Positions 19,158 to 28,777 of a DNA stretch of 64,000 nt are shown in pieces. Position 1 is the stretch's first letter, and each line of letters opens with the position of its first letter. A program made the position numbers and the translations under genes. This stretch comes from an uncultured Pseudomonadota bacterium (lineage in GTDB: Bacteria; Oederibacteriota; Muellerivitia; Muellerivitales; Muellerivitaceae), in contig CAWJKT010000004.1 of the NCBI GenBank assembly GCA_963843375.1, positions 224,001 through 288,000 of the forward strand, read 5' to 3'. The notes beneath the pieces are model-generated. The model ran no database searches and was not told the origin of the DNA. It saw only the letters and a list, made by a program, of their open reading frames with translations.

Positions 19158-20612
19158 TTGAGCATACCATCCTTTCAACGTCCGGCCGAGATTCCGCCCG
19201 AATTCGCCTTTGTTTCGCTTCCCAAGGCCCTGGCTCAATTTCACCATTTGCCCCTGCATGTGCCGATTTGGATTCATCGGCAGGAGGAGATCGAAAAAAA
19301 AGGCTATGATTTTGAGGAAGGGGTCCGGGTAATGGAGGCACTTCTCCAAGAAGCCCCGGGGATTCCCGGAGCCTATCTTTACCAGTTGTTTGTAAAGAAG
19401 TGGCCCAAGTTGGCGGTGATCAACCCTTTTTTCGAGTCGGGCCGAATAGCGGAGGCGATTCCCAAACTAGTGGAAATCCTCGACATCGATCCCGAGTGTC
19501 CCTTGGCATCCTTTCAATTGGGTTATTGTTTCAGAGTTACCGGAGAGTTAGAAAAGTCCGAATCATTCTATAAAAAAGCCCTGCGGATGGCCCCGGAAGC
19601 GGGATGGATATACAGCAACTTGGGACGCACCTACCAAGCGCTGGGGGATAAAGCCAAAGCAGCTGAGGTATTTTGGAAGGCTCTCGAACTCTTACCGGGC
19701 GACCTCTTTGTCCTAGAACAGTTGATCGGTTTAGGCGAACTTTTCATGTTGTCCCCACCCAAAGGAAAATCCGATGCCCAACCTTCCTTCGTTCGCCGGG
19801 CCGATTACGAGAAGAAAATGAGAGAAACCATCGAGAAAGAAAAAAATCCGGGGAATCTCGAAAAACTTGGTTGGAAGCTTCTTCAGGACCGACTGAACGA
19901 CTTGTCTTGCCAATGTTTTGAAAAGGCAAGAACGTTAGGATCCACCGAAGTCCACTCCGATATCCTCCAGGGGCTGGGAATGGCCCATTTGGAAGCGGGC
20001 CGTTTTAAGGAAGCGGAACGCTTCCTCCAAGAATATTTGGATTCGAATCCGGATTCCGCCATAGCCCATTTGAATCTTTTCAAGGTTTATTTGGCTTTGG
20101 AAGAAAGGGACTTGGCTTGGGATGAAATTCAAATCGCTGTGCGACTGGACCCGGAGCGTCTCGAAGCCCTCAAACAACTCTATTTTTTATTCCTCCAAAC
20201 CGATCGAAAAGAAGAAGGATTCGACTGGTTAGACCAACTTTCCATTGAACACCCTAAAAGTTTCGCTCCTCTGCTGGTGAAAGCTTGGGCCCTTACCGAT
20301 GACCAAAAATGGCCCGAGGCACAGGAAACACTGCAAGAAGCCTTGAGGAGGTCGCCTCACAACGAGGAAATTCTACTTTTTCTTTCTTCTGAATTGGGGA
20401 AGAGAGGCCAAAGGAAGGAAATCATCCAAGTGCTTCAAGCCGAATCCACACCCCTGCCTCTTTCCTTGACTATCAATTTAGCTTTGGCCTTCAGTCAGGA
20501 CGGCCGGTTGGAGGAGGGAAGAAAGATTTTACAGTCATTCCTGAAACGGCCAGGGCTGGACCCATTGGATCGAAATCGGGCTAAAGCGGTCCTCCAAGAA
20601 TTTGAGAAATAA
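19158..20612 (+). CDS. TPR-repeat protein
   Basis: Repeated TPR motifs (IYSNLGRTYQALGDKAKAAEVFWKALELLP); AAGGAG RBS, TTG start. Confidence 0.85.
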   Translation: MSIPSFQRPAEIPPEFAFVSLPKALAQFHHLPLHVPIWIHRQEEIEKKGYDFEEGVRVMEALLQEAPGIPGAYLYQLFVKKWPKLAVINPFFESGRIAEAIPKLVEILDIDPECPLASFQLGYCFRVTGELEKSESFYKKALRMAPEAGWIYSNLGRTYQALGDKAKAAEVFWKALELLPGDLFVLEQLIGLGELFMLSPPKGKSDAQPSFVRRADYEKKMRETIEKEKNPGNLEKLGWKLLQDRLNDLSCQCFEKARTLGSTEVHSDILQGLGMAHLEAGRFKEAERFLQEYLDSNPDSAIAHLNLFKVYLALEERDLAWDEIQIAVRLDPERLEALKQLYFLFLQTDRKEEGFDWLDQLSIEHPKSFAPLLVKAWALTDDQKWPEAQETLQEALRRSPHNEEILLFLSSELGKRGQRKEIIQVLQAESTPLPLSLTINLALAFSQDGRLEEGRKILQSFLKRPGLDPLDRNRAKAVLQEFEK

Positions 20613-20618
20613 TCCAGG

Positions 20619-21161
20619 TCAATCGTCCAACGAGACCACTTGAACAGAGGAAGAGGACGAGTATGGTTTTTCCCTGTTTTTCTTTTGAAGCATGGGGTTG
20701 ATCACGAAACCCTCCCCGCTATAGAGTTTTTGAATTCTCGCCAGTTCGGTTTTTTGGTTTTCGGACAAAAAATTGCAATTGTTCAAATGATCCGCTACCA
20801 GGCAAAAGCCAGTTCCTTGACGTTTCCAAAACTCCAATAAATTTTCCAAGATAATAACCGGGCCTTCCATGTTTTTTATCTTTTCTTCCTCCACAGGGTG
20901 GAGACCGTCGTTGTACACGAAAAAATAGTTAGAGTCAAACTTGTATTTGACCTTGCGGGCCGTGTCCATAAAAAAAACACCCGCGTCCGAAACCACTAGC
21001 TCGATGAAACGATCATTGTGGGTTTGGGTACGGAAGGCAAGGAAGCGAACGGGATCCACCGTCATGCCGGCAAAACCAAGGTTACGGTATTCGTCGTAGA
21101 TTTTTTTATTCATTCGACCGAGCGCATCGACTTGCTCGGGGGTCATGTGATCCAGAGTCAT
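20619..21161 (-). CDS. hypothetical protein
   Basis: 180-aa ORF with ATG start and AAGG RBS, filling the gap between flanking genes. Confidence 0.7.
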   Translation of the reverse strand: MTLDHMTPEQVDALGRMNKKIYDEYRNLGFAGMTVDPVRFLAFRTQTHNDRFIELVVSDAGVFFMDTARKVKYKFDSNYFFVYNDGLHPVEEEKIKNMEGPVIILENLLEFWKRQGTGFCLVADHLNNCNFLSENQKTELARIQKLYSGEGFVINPMLQKKNREKPYSSSSSVQVVSLDD

Positions 21162-21330
21162 GGAACAACCTTATTAATGTTGAATGGTATTAAACATCAT
21201 TCTCTTCAGGGGCTATGTACTATGTATTATTTTATCACAGGGAGTTTCAGAAAAATCGGATGGAAGGCCTGAATTCATCAGGTTTATGGCTTCACGATCA
21301 ACCGAAAACTGAAATCGGTTCAGGAAACCA

Positions 21331-21891
21331 CTATTGATCGTTCAAATGGTCGAGTGCGGCGTAGGACCGGGGTGAAACCAGAGTGATAAAACCCATGGAA
21401 AAAAATTCCAGATCCCGTATGACCGACCACCAAGTCGCTTTTTCCGTTGGGGCGGTCAAACCGCAACCGCAATTAATATCCACTCCCCGTAGCAAATCAA
21501 AACTAATAGCCAAGGCGTAAAGCGCCATCAAGCCGCAGAATAGCAAGGCCGCCCCTCGGTAACGAAATCCGAAAATAAGACAAAGGCCCGTAAAAAATTC
21601 GAGCCAGGGGATGACCACCCCGGCCATAGGAACCAAGTCGGGAGAAAGAATTTGATAGTTAGTTATCATTTGAGCGAAAGTCGAAGCGTTTCCCAATTTA
21701 TCCCCACTGGCGAAAATAAGAATAAATCCGCAAAGGGCACGGAAAAATGTGGCGCCGCAGGCTTCGGGGTATAAGCTTTTCCTGGCTTGGTTGGACGGTT
21801 TTAAGCCGTATTTAATTCCCGCCCATAGGGCTAAAAACAATAAACCCAAAAGGCAAAGAAGGGAGTCCGTAAAATAATCCGAAATGTTCAT
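21331..21891 (-). CDS. MauE/DoxX family membrane protein
   Basis: PWLEFFTGLCLIFG, RGVDINCGCG, VIRDL; start 21891 overlaps the rhodanese stop (ATGA). Confidence 0.85.
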   Translation of the reverse strand: MNISDYFTDSLLCLLGLLFLALWAGIKYGLKPSNQARKSLYPEACGATFFRALCGFILIFASGDKLGNASTFAQMITNYQILSPDLVPMAGVVIPWLEFFTGLCLIFGFRYRGAALLFCGLMALYALAISFDLLRGVDINCGCGLTAPTEKATWWSVIRDLEFFSMGFITLVSPRSYAALDHLNDQ

Positions 21892-22517
21892 GGATTTGCC
21901 CCAAGGGTTATGGGATAGCCGGCTTTTTTCCATTCGGGCCATCCCCCTGTGAAAATCTCCACGTGGGTATAGCCTGTTTCAATGAGGGACTTAGCCACCA
22001 GTAGAGAAAGGTCGCAATCTCCTCCATGGCAATAGGCGACTATTTCCTTATTCTTGTTCGGAATTTGAGGTATGACGCTGGGGGCAAATTGATCCAGTTC
22101 ATTACCATAGAAATTCAAGGCACCTGATATGTGGCCCTCCTTGTATTCTTCGGGTTTTCGAGCGTCGAGGAAGACACAATTCTTTTTGTCAAAACGGTCC
22201 TTGGTTCCAGACAGGCTTAGCCGGATGACGTTGTCTGAAGCTGCGGGAATGGGTGTGGGGGTTATCTGAAGCGCCCCCTGGGAAGCAGATGAATTGAAAC
22301 CGGAAATGGGAACGGGCGCCGATGGATGGAAACCTGTGTTTTCAGGCGGTTTAAATTTAAGTTCAATTCCATCAGCGTAAAAAGAGTTGAAGAGAATCGC
22401 AAACAGAAAAGAGAAAATGAAAAGGCCCCAAGCTTGAGAGATAATTTGATAACGGGAAAGGGACGATGAGAATTTAAAATTATTTTTCGAATCAGTCGAA
22501 TAACGGAATGGTTTCAT
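21888..22517 (-). CDS. membrane-anchored rhodanese-like protein
   Basis: FLDARKPEEYKEGHISGALN, YCHGGDCDLS, GGWPEWKKAGYP; N-terminal TM. Confidence 0.88.
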   Translation of the reverse strand: MKPFRYSTDSKNNFKFSSSLSRYQIISQAWGLFIFSFLFAILFNSFYADGIELKFKPPENTGFHPSAPVPISGFNSSASQGALQITPTPIPAASDNVIRLSLSGTKDRFDKKNCVFLDARKPEEYKEGHISGALNFYGNELDQFAPSVIPQIPNKNKEIVAYCHGGDCDLSLLVAKSLIETGYTHVEIFTGGWPEWKKAGYPITLGANP

Positions 22518-22725
22518 AAGTAATTCTATTTTAGGGTTGTGAAGGAATATTTCAAGAAATAGCCTTTGAATAGCCGGCGTCTATTCCGGGAAACGATTGA
22601 ATATGGCTTGTTAATCTCGTCGAGATGAGTGAAAAACAAGGACAAGCCAAGGTTTCCTTCTTGAATTCTACTGGTCGATCTCCGAATTAAATGTAGAATA
22701 TGCCACGAATTTCAAGGAGCTTTCC

Positions 22726-23835
22726 ATGGCCGACCAAATCAAGATATCACGGCAAAATATTTTCGTTATAGCCTTTTTCGTTTTTTTGATTGGCCTTTTA
22801 AGCCTTCTTTTTTCTCTCCTGGAACCTTTCCTCAGGTCTTTCGTTTGGGCCACGATTTTCGTCATGGTGTTTTATCCCTTTTATTCCTGGCTTTTCCACC
22901 GGACGGGAAGACGTTCGAGCTTGGCGGCCTTGATCGCCACTCTTGTGGTCATGGCTTTTCTCGCCTTGCCGGGTTTTTTCATTGTCATTAACTTGGGAAG
23001 GGAACTGCCCCGGGCTTACGCTTTCCTATCCACGGCCCAATGGGATGAAACGAGTCAGTGGTTCATGGGGAAGTTGAAAGACTTCAACGTTGGTTCCTGG
23101 CTTCAAAACTGGGGGATCGATTCAAGTCAGTATGAAGTTGTCATTCAAAAACAGATATCCACCGCCTTGGAGAATTTTTCTCACTTGGTTTTACAAAAAT
23201 TTTCGGAGGCTTTTCAAAACCTCGCGGGATTTTTCCTGGAGGTGGCTTTCGTTTGTGTCGCGCTTTTCTTTTTCTTCCGGGACGGAGCCCGGCTGGCCTT
23301 GCGGGCGACGGAGTTATTGCCCCTTGAGAAGAACCACCGCGAAAAAGTCGTTCATACTTTTTCTGTGACGGTGACGGCGGTAGTACGGGCCATATTCCTC
23401 ACGGCTTTGGCTCAGGGTGTCATGGCGGGAATAGGTTTTGTGGTGGCGGGTGTGCCGGTTCCCATCCTTTTAGGATTAGTGGCCTTTGTGAATTCTTTCA
23501 TTCCCTTCTTAGGGGCGGCTTCCGTGTGGATCCCGGTGACGATTTGGCTTTTTTATCAAAACCAAACCTTTGCGGCGGTGGGTCTTATCCTTTGGGGCAT
23601 TGTTATTACGTTCGTGGATTACGTGATGAAGCCTTGGATAATTGGGAGCGAGGCGAAACTTCCCCTGTTTTGGCTCTTCTTTACCACTATTGGTGGCTTG
23701 AAAGTTTATGGCATTCTCGGGATTTTCCTGGGCCCCATTATTCTTTCCTTGGGAATTGCCTTTCTGGCCATTTATCGGGAAGTCTATCTGGATTTGAAGA
23801 AACCCGTTTCCCACCGGGGGAATTCTAACCCTTAA
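22726..23835 (+). CDS. AI-2E family transporter
   Basis: LFFFFRDG, SFIPFLGAASVWIP, DYVMKPWIIG, GGLKVYGILGIFLGPII. Confidence 0.92.
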   Translation: MADQIKISRQNIFVIAFFVFLIGLLSLLFSLLEPFLRSFVWATIFVMVFYPFYSWLFHRTGRRSSLAALIATLVVMAFLALPGFFIVINLGRELPRAYAFLSTAQWDETSQWFMGKLKDFNVGSWLQNWGIDSSQYEVVIQKQISTALENFSHLVLQKFSEAFQNLAGFFLEVAFVCVALFFFFRDGARLALRATELLPLEKNHREKVVHTFSVTVTAVVRAIFLTALAQGVMAGIGFVVAGVPVPILLGLVAFVNSFIPFLGAASVWIPVTIWLFYQNQTFAAVGLILWGIVITFVDYVMKPWIIGSEAKLPLFWLFFTTIGGLKVYGILGIFLGPIILSLGIAFLAIYREVYLDLKKPVSHRGNSNP

Positions 23836-23947
23836 AGACCCTTGTTTTTGTTGGAAACGCTTTTTAGTGTTCTCGATAGTTGCATTCTATTTAAGAAACC
23901 CCAAGAATACTGGAAGTTCGCCCCTTACCCTTTTTTTAGGAGAATAT

Positions 23948-25090
23948 ATGCGTTACCGTTGGCTGGGAAATACCGGGCTTCGAGTCAGTGAAATCGGTTT
24001 TGGCGCTTGGGCCATCGGTGGAAAATGGTGGGGTCCCCAGGATGACACGGACTCCCGTTTGGCCCTTCATAAAGCCCTGGACATGGGCTGCACCTTTATT
24101 GATACCGCATGGGTTTATGGGGATGGGCACAGCGAAAAATTAATCGGTTCGGTCCTTCAAGAACGCCACGAAAGACCGGTGATCGCCACGAAAGTACCTC
24201 CTAAAAATTGGAATTGGGACAACAAATCCGGAACCCCTCTTTCCGAAACTTTCCCCTCCGAGTGGGTGGTGTCCAAAGCCGAGGAATCCCTTGGAAATTT
24301 GGGAGTGGATTGCCTGGATGTCTTGCAAATGCATACCTGGCATCAGGAATGGAATCATCAGGCAGAACCTCTTTTGCAGACCGTTGCCCGTCTGAAACGG
24401 GATGGAAAAATCCGGGCCTTTGGCATTTCCTTGAGGGATAAGGGACCGGAAGAAGCCAACGATTTGATCCGTTGGCGGCAGGTGGACAGCCTTCAGATTT
24501 TCTTCAACCTTTTCTACCAGGATCCAATTTGGAAAGTTTTTCCACTGGCCCAACAATATGGAGTGGGTGTTATCGCGCGTGTCCCTATAGCCTTTGGAGC
24601 CTTGAGCGGGCGATTTACTCCCCAGACGCGTTTCTACGGGGATGACCATCGACGGAATCTTTATGCCGGGGAAGGGCTGAAGACCGCCTTAAGGAAAGTT
24701 GAAAAATTGAAATTTCTTGCCTCTAAATCCATGTCGCTCAGTGAAGCGGCGATTAAATGGACCTTAAATTATCCGGCGGTTTCCACTTCCATCCCCGGGA
24801 TCCGTAATTTAAACCAAGCGACCATTAATTGCGCCGCGGGTGATGGAGAAAGAATTTCTACTCCAACCGTTCGAAAATCTGAAAAATTATACCGGTCTAA
24901 TTTTGGACTTCCAATCACGACCCTATCCTCCGATGACGGAATCCAAGCCGTTTTTATGTCCGGTGTTCGTTTGATAAAGTCCTCGAAGCGGAAGCTAAAG
25001 AAAGTTCCGGGGAAAAGAAACCAGGCACGGAAGTCCTTAAAAATTCGAAAGACGTTGAAAAAAGGCCGTTCAAAAAAGAAAAAAAAGTGA
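23948..25090 (+). CDS. aldo/keto reductase with Lys-rich C-terminal tail
   Basis: MRYRWLGNTGLRVSEIGFGAWAIGG, FIDTAWVYGDGHSE, IATK, IPGIRN. Confidence 0.92.
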   Translation: MRYRWLGNTGLRVSEIGFGAWAIGGKWWGPQDDTDSRLALHKALDMGCTFIDTAWVYGDGHSEKLIGSVLQERHERPVIATKVPPKNWNWDNKSGTPLSETFPSEWVVSKAEESLGNLGVDCLDVLQMHTWHQEWNHQAEPLLQTVARLKRDGKIRAFGISLRDKGPEEANDLIRWRQVDSLQIFFNLFYQDPIWKVFPLAQQYGVGVIARVPIAFGALSGRFTPQTRFYGDDHRRNLYAGEGLKTALRKVEKLKFLASKSMSLSEAAIKWTLNYPAVSTSIPGIRNLNQATINCAAGDGERISTPTVRKSEKLYRSNFGLPITTLSSDDGIQAVFMSGVRLIKSSKRKLKKVPGKRNQARKSLKIRKTLKKGRSKKKKK

Positions 25091-25626
25091 TAAAACCCTG
25101 GAAAAAAAACAAGCAGACAGTGGATTATGACTGTGGTTTTTTCCAGGTTCAGGTCCATCAAAGCGCATCCCCCACCACCGGCAAGGAACACCCCTTTTAT
25201 GTTCTTTCCACGAGAAACTGGACCAATATCGTCGCGCTTACCGGGGATCAAAAAGTCCTGATGGTTTCCCAATACCGCCATGGAACGGGCGAGGTGAGCC
25301 TGGAAATTCCAGGCGGAGCCGTGGACCTTCATGAAGAACCCTTGAAAGCCGCTCAAAGGGAATTACGCGAAGAAACCGGTTACGAATCCACCCAATGGCA
25401 TTTTCTTGGGCAAGTCCGCCCCAATCCGGCCATCTTGAGCAACACCTGTTACTTATATTTGGCTTTGGACGCGAAACATGTGGGGGAGTTGGATTTGGAC
25501 GAAGCGGAAGAACTGGAGGTTAGCCTGCATGACGTAAAGGAAATTCCCCGCCTTATTCGAAGAGGCCAAATCCAGCATTCGCTCGTTATCGCCGCTTTCC
25601 ATTTATTTGACCTTTTCCAAAAATAA
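25087..25626 (+). CDS. NUDIX hydrolase (ADP-ribose pyrophosphatase-like)
   Basis: Nudix box PGGAVDLHEEPLKAAQRELREETGY; QYRH upstream. Confidence 0.92.
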   Translation: MIKPWKKNKQTVDYDCGFFQVQVHQSASPTTGKEHPFYVLSTRNWTNIVALTGDQKVLMVSQYRHGTGEVSLEIPGGAVDLHEEPLKAAQRELREETGYESTQWHFLGQVRPNPAILSNTCYLYLALDAKHVGELDLDEAEELEVSLHDVKEIPRLIRRGQIQHSLVIAAFHLFDLFQK

Positions 25627-25801
25627 AAACCCGGCAAAATTTGAAAAAAACATTTTTAGAGCCCTTTCCGCCCAATATGTTAAGCAGTTCAGGAAAGGAA
25701 ATGAAAAACTCAAAAGACCCACTTGCGGGTGTTTCAAAAGAGGAGTAGCGTAGTTTCACGATTATTTTCCCATATTTGTCCCAATATGAAAGAGGTGTTT
25801 T

Positions 25802-26387
25802 ATGTCCCGTGTTTGTGTTTTCATCGATGGCAGCAATCTTTATTTCGCGCTCAAGCGCAATAACAAGATGACACGTGTGGATTATTACCAATTTTCCCTC
25901 GCCTTGACTGGAGAGCAGCGGAAATTGATCCGAACCTATTATTACAACGCGGTGTTTCGACGCGGCCCACTTTTCCGAAAAGGCCAAGAGCCAGCAATCC
26001 TTTTTTGATTCCTTGGATCGCACGCCTTATTTGGAACTTCGGTTGGGAAGAATCATCCAAAACCGGGAGGGGCACCGGATGGAGAAGGGCGTGGATGTAC
26101 GCATGGCCGCCGACATGGTTTATTACGCCGCCCGGGATTTTTACGATACGGCCATCGTGGTGACCGAGGACCAGGATTTTTCCCCCGCCATGGGGCTGGT
26201 CAAGGAACTGGGCAAGCATGTGGAACTGGCGGTATTTCCCGATGCCCAGAGCCGGGAAATGATCCGGGTGGCGGATAAGATCTTGAGTTTGGATGAAATC
26301 GTCAATGGCCAAGCTGCCCATATTTTCCCGCCGTCCCAAAACGCGGAAGAACGCGCGCCGGACGCGGAAATGGCATTCGGCGTTTAA
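25802..26387 (+). pseudogene. NYN/LabA (DUF88) domain protein interrupted by a +1 frameshift (possible sequencing error)
   Basis: VFIDGSNLY in the first ORF; EKGVDVRMAADM and IVVTEDQDFSP in the second. Removing one T from TTT at 25955-25957 gives the continuous read AVFDAAHFSEKAKSQQSFFDSLDRTPY. Confidence 0.8.
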
Positions 26388-26401
26388 ACATTTACAAAGA
26401 T

Positions 26402-27457
26402 TTAATTTTTAAAAATCCCCGGTGTTATCCAAGGGCTTTTCATTCGTACGGAAAAAGTTTTTGTTCTTTCAACAAAACCCGATTTGCCAAGGTACCCACT
26501 TAGGATCATAGTATGTTTATCCCCGAAGAGTGCCCGCCACCTTGTTTTTAACCCCCATTTTTCCTTGAAAAATTTTACTTTCTCGTAAAGCGATTCCACG
26601 TAACTTTCCGGGGGATAGGCTCGGGATCCGTAAAGCTTCAAAGTCTGCTCGAAAGCCAGCCGGTTGTATTTTTTCAGCACATGGTAATAGTAGCCTTTGA
26701 CCACCTGTCCCCGAAGCCTCAGGACGTTGTAAACAAAATAATCCACGCCTATTTCAGCTCCCATTTGGATCATTCCCTCGATCGCCTCATCCGTATCCGT
26801 CAGGAAGGGGATAATGGGCATCAAGTGAATCCCACAGGGGACGCCATAGGCTTTTAACTGACGGAGGGCTTCCAGGCGCCTTTCAATAGTAACCGCGTGG
26901 GGCTCCAGAAATTTCTGCAAATACGGATCCAAAGTCGTCAAAGTCATGGCCACGCCCCCATTCGCCCGGTCCACTACTTCCTTTAAAACATCTAGATCCC
27001 TCAAGACCAGGTCGGATTTGGTGGAAAAAACAGCGGGCCAAGAATACTTGGCCAGGAGCTTGAAAGCCCCACGCGCCAAACCGTATTTTTTCTCGGCGGG
27101 CTGGTAAGGGTCGGTGGCCGCGCCCAGACTGATCCAGTCCCTTTTCCTCCGTGGATTGGAAAGTTCCCGTTCGAGCACCTCCAGCAGGTTCATTTTGACT
27201 TGGATCTTCCTTTGAAAATCAAAAGAGTTTTGGAAACCCAGGAACCAATGGGTGTATCGGGCGAAACAAAAGGGGCACCCGTGGCGGCATCCACGGTAAA
27301 GATTGAGGGTGTAAAAGAAAGGTTTGGGACTATAAGGAAGGCGGGTGTGATGAAGGGCGGATTTCACTTTGATTTCAATGTATTCCACTTCCCGAGGATC
27401 GTCATCGACTTCGGTATAAGTGGGCGAAAAAGAAGTTGAAAGAAGAGGATCGATCAT
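26402..27457 (-). CDS. radical SAM protein, SplB/Rv2578c-like family
   Basis: NLYRGCRHGCPFCFAR (CxxxCxxC), ATDPYQPAE, STKSDLVLRDLD, MPIIPFLTD. Start uncertain. Confidence 0.88.
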   Translation of the reverse strand: MIDPLLSTSFSPTYTEVDDDPREVEYIEIKVKSALHHTRLPYSPKPFFYTLNLYRGCRHGCPFCFARYTHWFLGFQNSFDFQRKIQVKMNLLEVLERELSNPRRKRDWISLGAATDPYQPAEKKYGLARGAFKLLAKYSWPAVFSTKSDLVLRDLDVLKEVVDRANGGVAMTLTTLDPYLQKFLEPHAVTIERRLEALRQLKAYGVPCGIHLMPIIPFLTDTDEAIEGMIQMGAEIGVDYFVYNVLRLRGQVVKGYYYHVLKKYNRLAFEQTLKLYGSRAYPPESYVESLYEKVKFFKEKWGLKTRWRALFGDKHTMILSGYLGKSGFVERTKTFSVRMKSPWITPGIFKN

Positions 27458-27598
27458 AAAAAACCATCCGGTGAAAATCAAGTTTTCTTGGGAGGAAGAA
27501 TAATGAAAAGGTATTTCCCCAGCTTGCGGAAACAAGGGAACGGAATGCTAAGACATAGTTATCACCACAAGAATTTTAAGTTTTGAATGTAAGACCGG

Positions 27599-28216
27599 CT
27601 AGCGGGGGCTGAAGACACCCACAACTTTCCCGATTATCCGGAAATCTTGGTCTTCGCCAATCACAATAGGGGAATATTTTGGATTAGCCGGTTCCAAGAT
27701 TACTTTGGAACTGGTTTTGCGGAAAGTTTTAACCGTCGCTTCGCCTTCAATCAAAGCTACCACAATTTCCCCGGGTGAAGCATGGGTGGTTTGTTGCACG
27801 ATCACCTTATCACCTGGAAGAATATGGGCGTTCAACATGGAATCGCCCCGCACCGTCAAGGCGAAAAGGTTCCGGCCGCCGCGGGCCATGGAAGGGTCCA
27901 CCACCATGGTTCCCTCGCGGTTTTCCTCAGCCAGCAAGGGGGAACCAGCCGCCACCTTTCCTAAGATGGGAATGGAAACACCGACGGAAGAATCTTCCAC
28001 GATTTTCAAACCACGGGCCGTGTGGTCCTCCCGTTCGAGATAACCCTTCTCCTCCAAAGCCAGCAGGTGCTTGCGGGCGCTTTGGGGGGAGTTCCATTTG
28101 AAATGTCGCATGACTTCCCTCACGGTTGGGGGGCGGTGGGTTTGAGTCAGGTGTTCCTGGACGTAGTCCAGTACGTCCCTTTGAATGTGGGTTAGAGTTT
28201 CGTCGGATGGCGCCAT
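27599..28216 (-). CDS. lexA: SOS repressor LexA
   Basis: wHTH PPTVREVMRHFKWNS...LEEKGY, Ala-Gly cleavage site VAAGSP, catalytic Ser GDSM and Lys ATVK; GGAGG RBS. Confidence 0.95.
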   Translation of the reverse strand: MAPSDETLTHIQRDVLDYVQEHLTQTHRPPTVREVMRHFKWNSPQSARKHLLALEEKGYLEREDHTARGLKIVEDSSVGVSIPILGKVAAGSPLLAEENREGTMVVDPSMARGGRNLFALTVRGDSMLNAHILPGDKVIVQQTTHASPGEIVVALIEGEATVKTFRKTSSKVILEPANPKYSPIVIGEDQDFRIIGKVVGVFSPR

Positions 28217-28240
28217 GTTGTTCCTCCGCACAAATTTTTA

Positions 28241-28290
28241 TTGAAAAAGAATACGGCTGTATACTAGTATACGAGTGTATTCTTAGTCAA
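28241..28290. promoter_or_regulatory. overlapping divergent sigma70-like promoters with a palindromic putative LexA operator
   Basis: AAGAATAC-ggct-GTATACTAGTATAC-gagt-GTATTCTT (28247-28284). It is flanked by TTGAAA (+, 28241) and TTGACT (-, 28290), each 18 bp from a TAGTAT -10 element. Confidence 0.65.
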
Positions 28291-28416
28291 GTGAAAAAGT
28301 TAGAAAAATCATAGTGGAATTTCAAAAAACCACGGGTTTGGAAATCGCCAGTGAAAAAGTGCTCCCCTTGGGGCTAAGGACGTCTGATACCTAAAATAAA
28401 TTAAAGGAGGTTTTTT

Positions 28417-28755
28417 ATGGAAGAAGCAGCGATGAAAGTGGTTTTGATGGTCGACCTTTTTCAAAAGGTCAAGAAGCGCGTTCCGCGACATTGGAGGGAA
28501 GTCAAGGATTGCATCGTGGGATTGGGATATCCCGTGGAAGTCTCGGAGTTTCATAACCTGAAACTGGAGGCCCTGTCTCACCAAAAACTGCTGATCGAAT
28601 ACTCGGTTTTCACCGGGGCCAACGAGTGGACACCCAGCCGGAAATTGGAAATGACTTCCTTTGACGATGAGTTAACCAGACCGGACGGGGTTCTTTCCAG
28701 ACTGAAACTGGAGAGCTTTGATCCGAACTGGGTTGAAGAGCTGCGATTTTCATAA
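28417..28755 (+). CDS. hypothetical protein, paralog of the next gene
   Basis: AAGGAGG RBS; aligns by eye with 28778..29131. Confidence 0.78.
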   Translation: MEEAAMKVVLMVDLFQKVKKRVPRHWREVKDCIVGLGYPVEVSEFHNLKLEALSHQKLLIEYSVFTGANEWTPSRKLEMTSFDDELTRPDGVLSRLKLESFDPNWVEELRFS

Positions 28756-28777
28756 ATCAATCACGGGAGGACGCGCC

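Noticed and set aside
21331..22517. Rhodanese plus MauE/DoxX pair as a novel system
   Set aside because: A commonly seen gene pairing; nothing unusual visible here.
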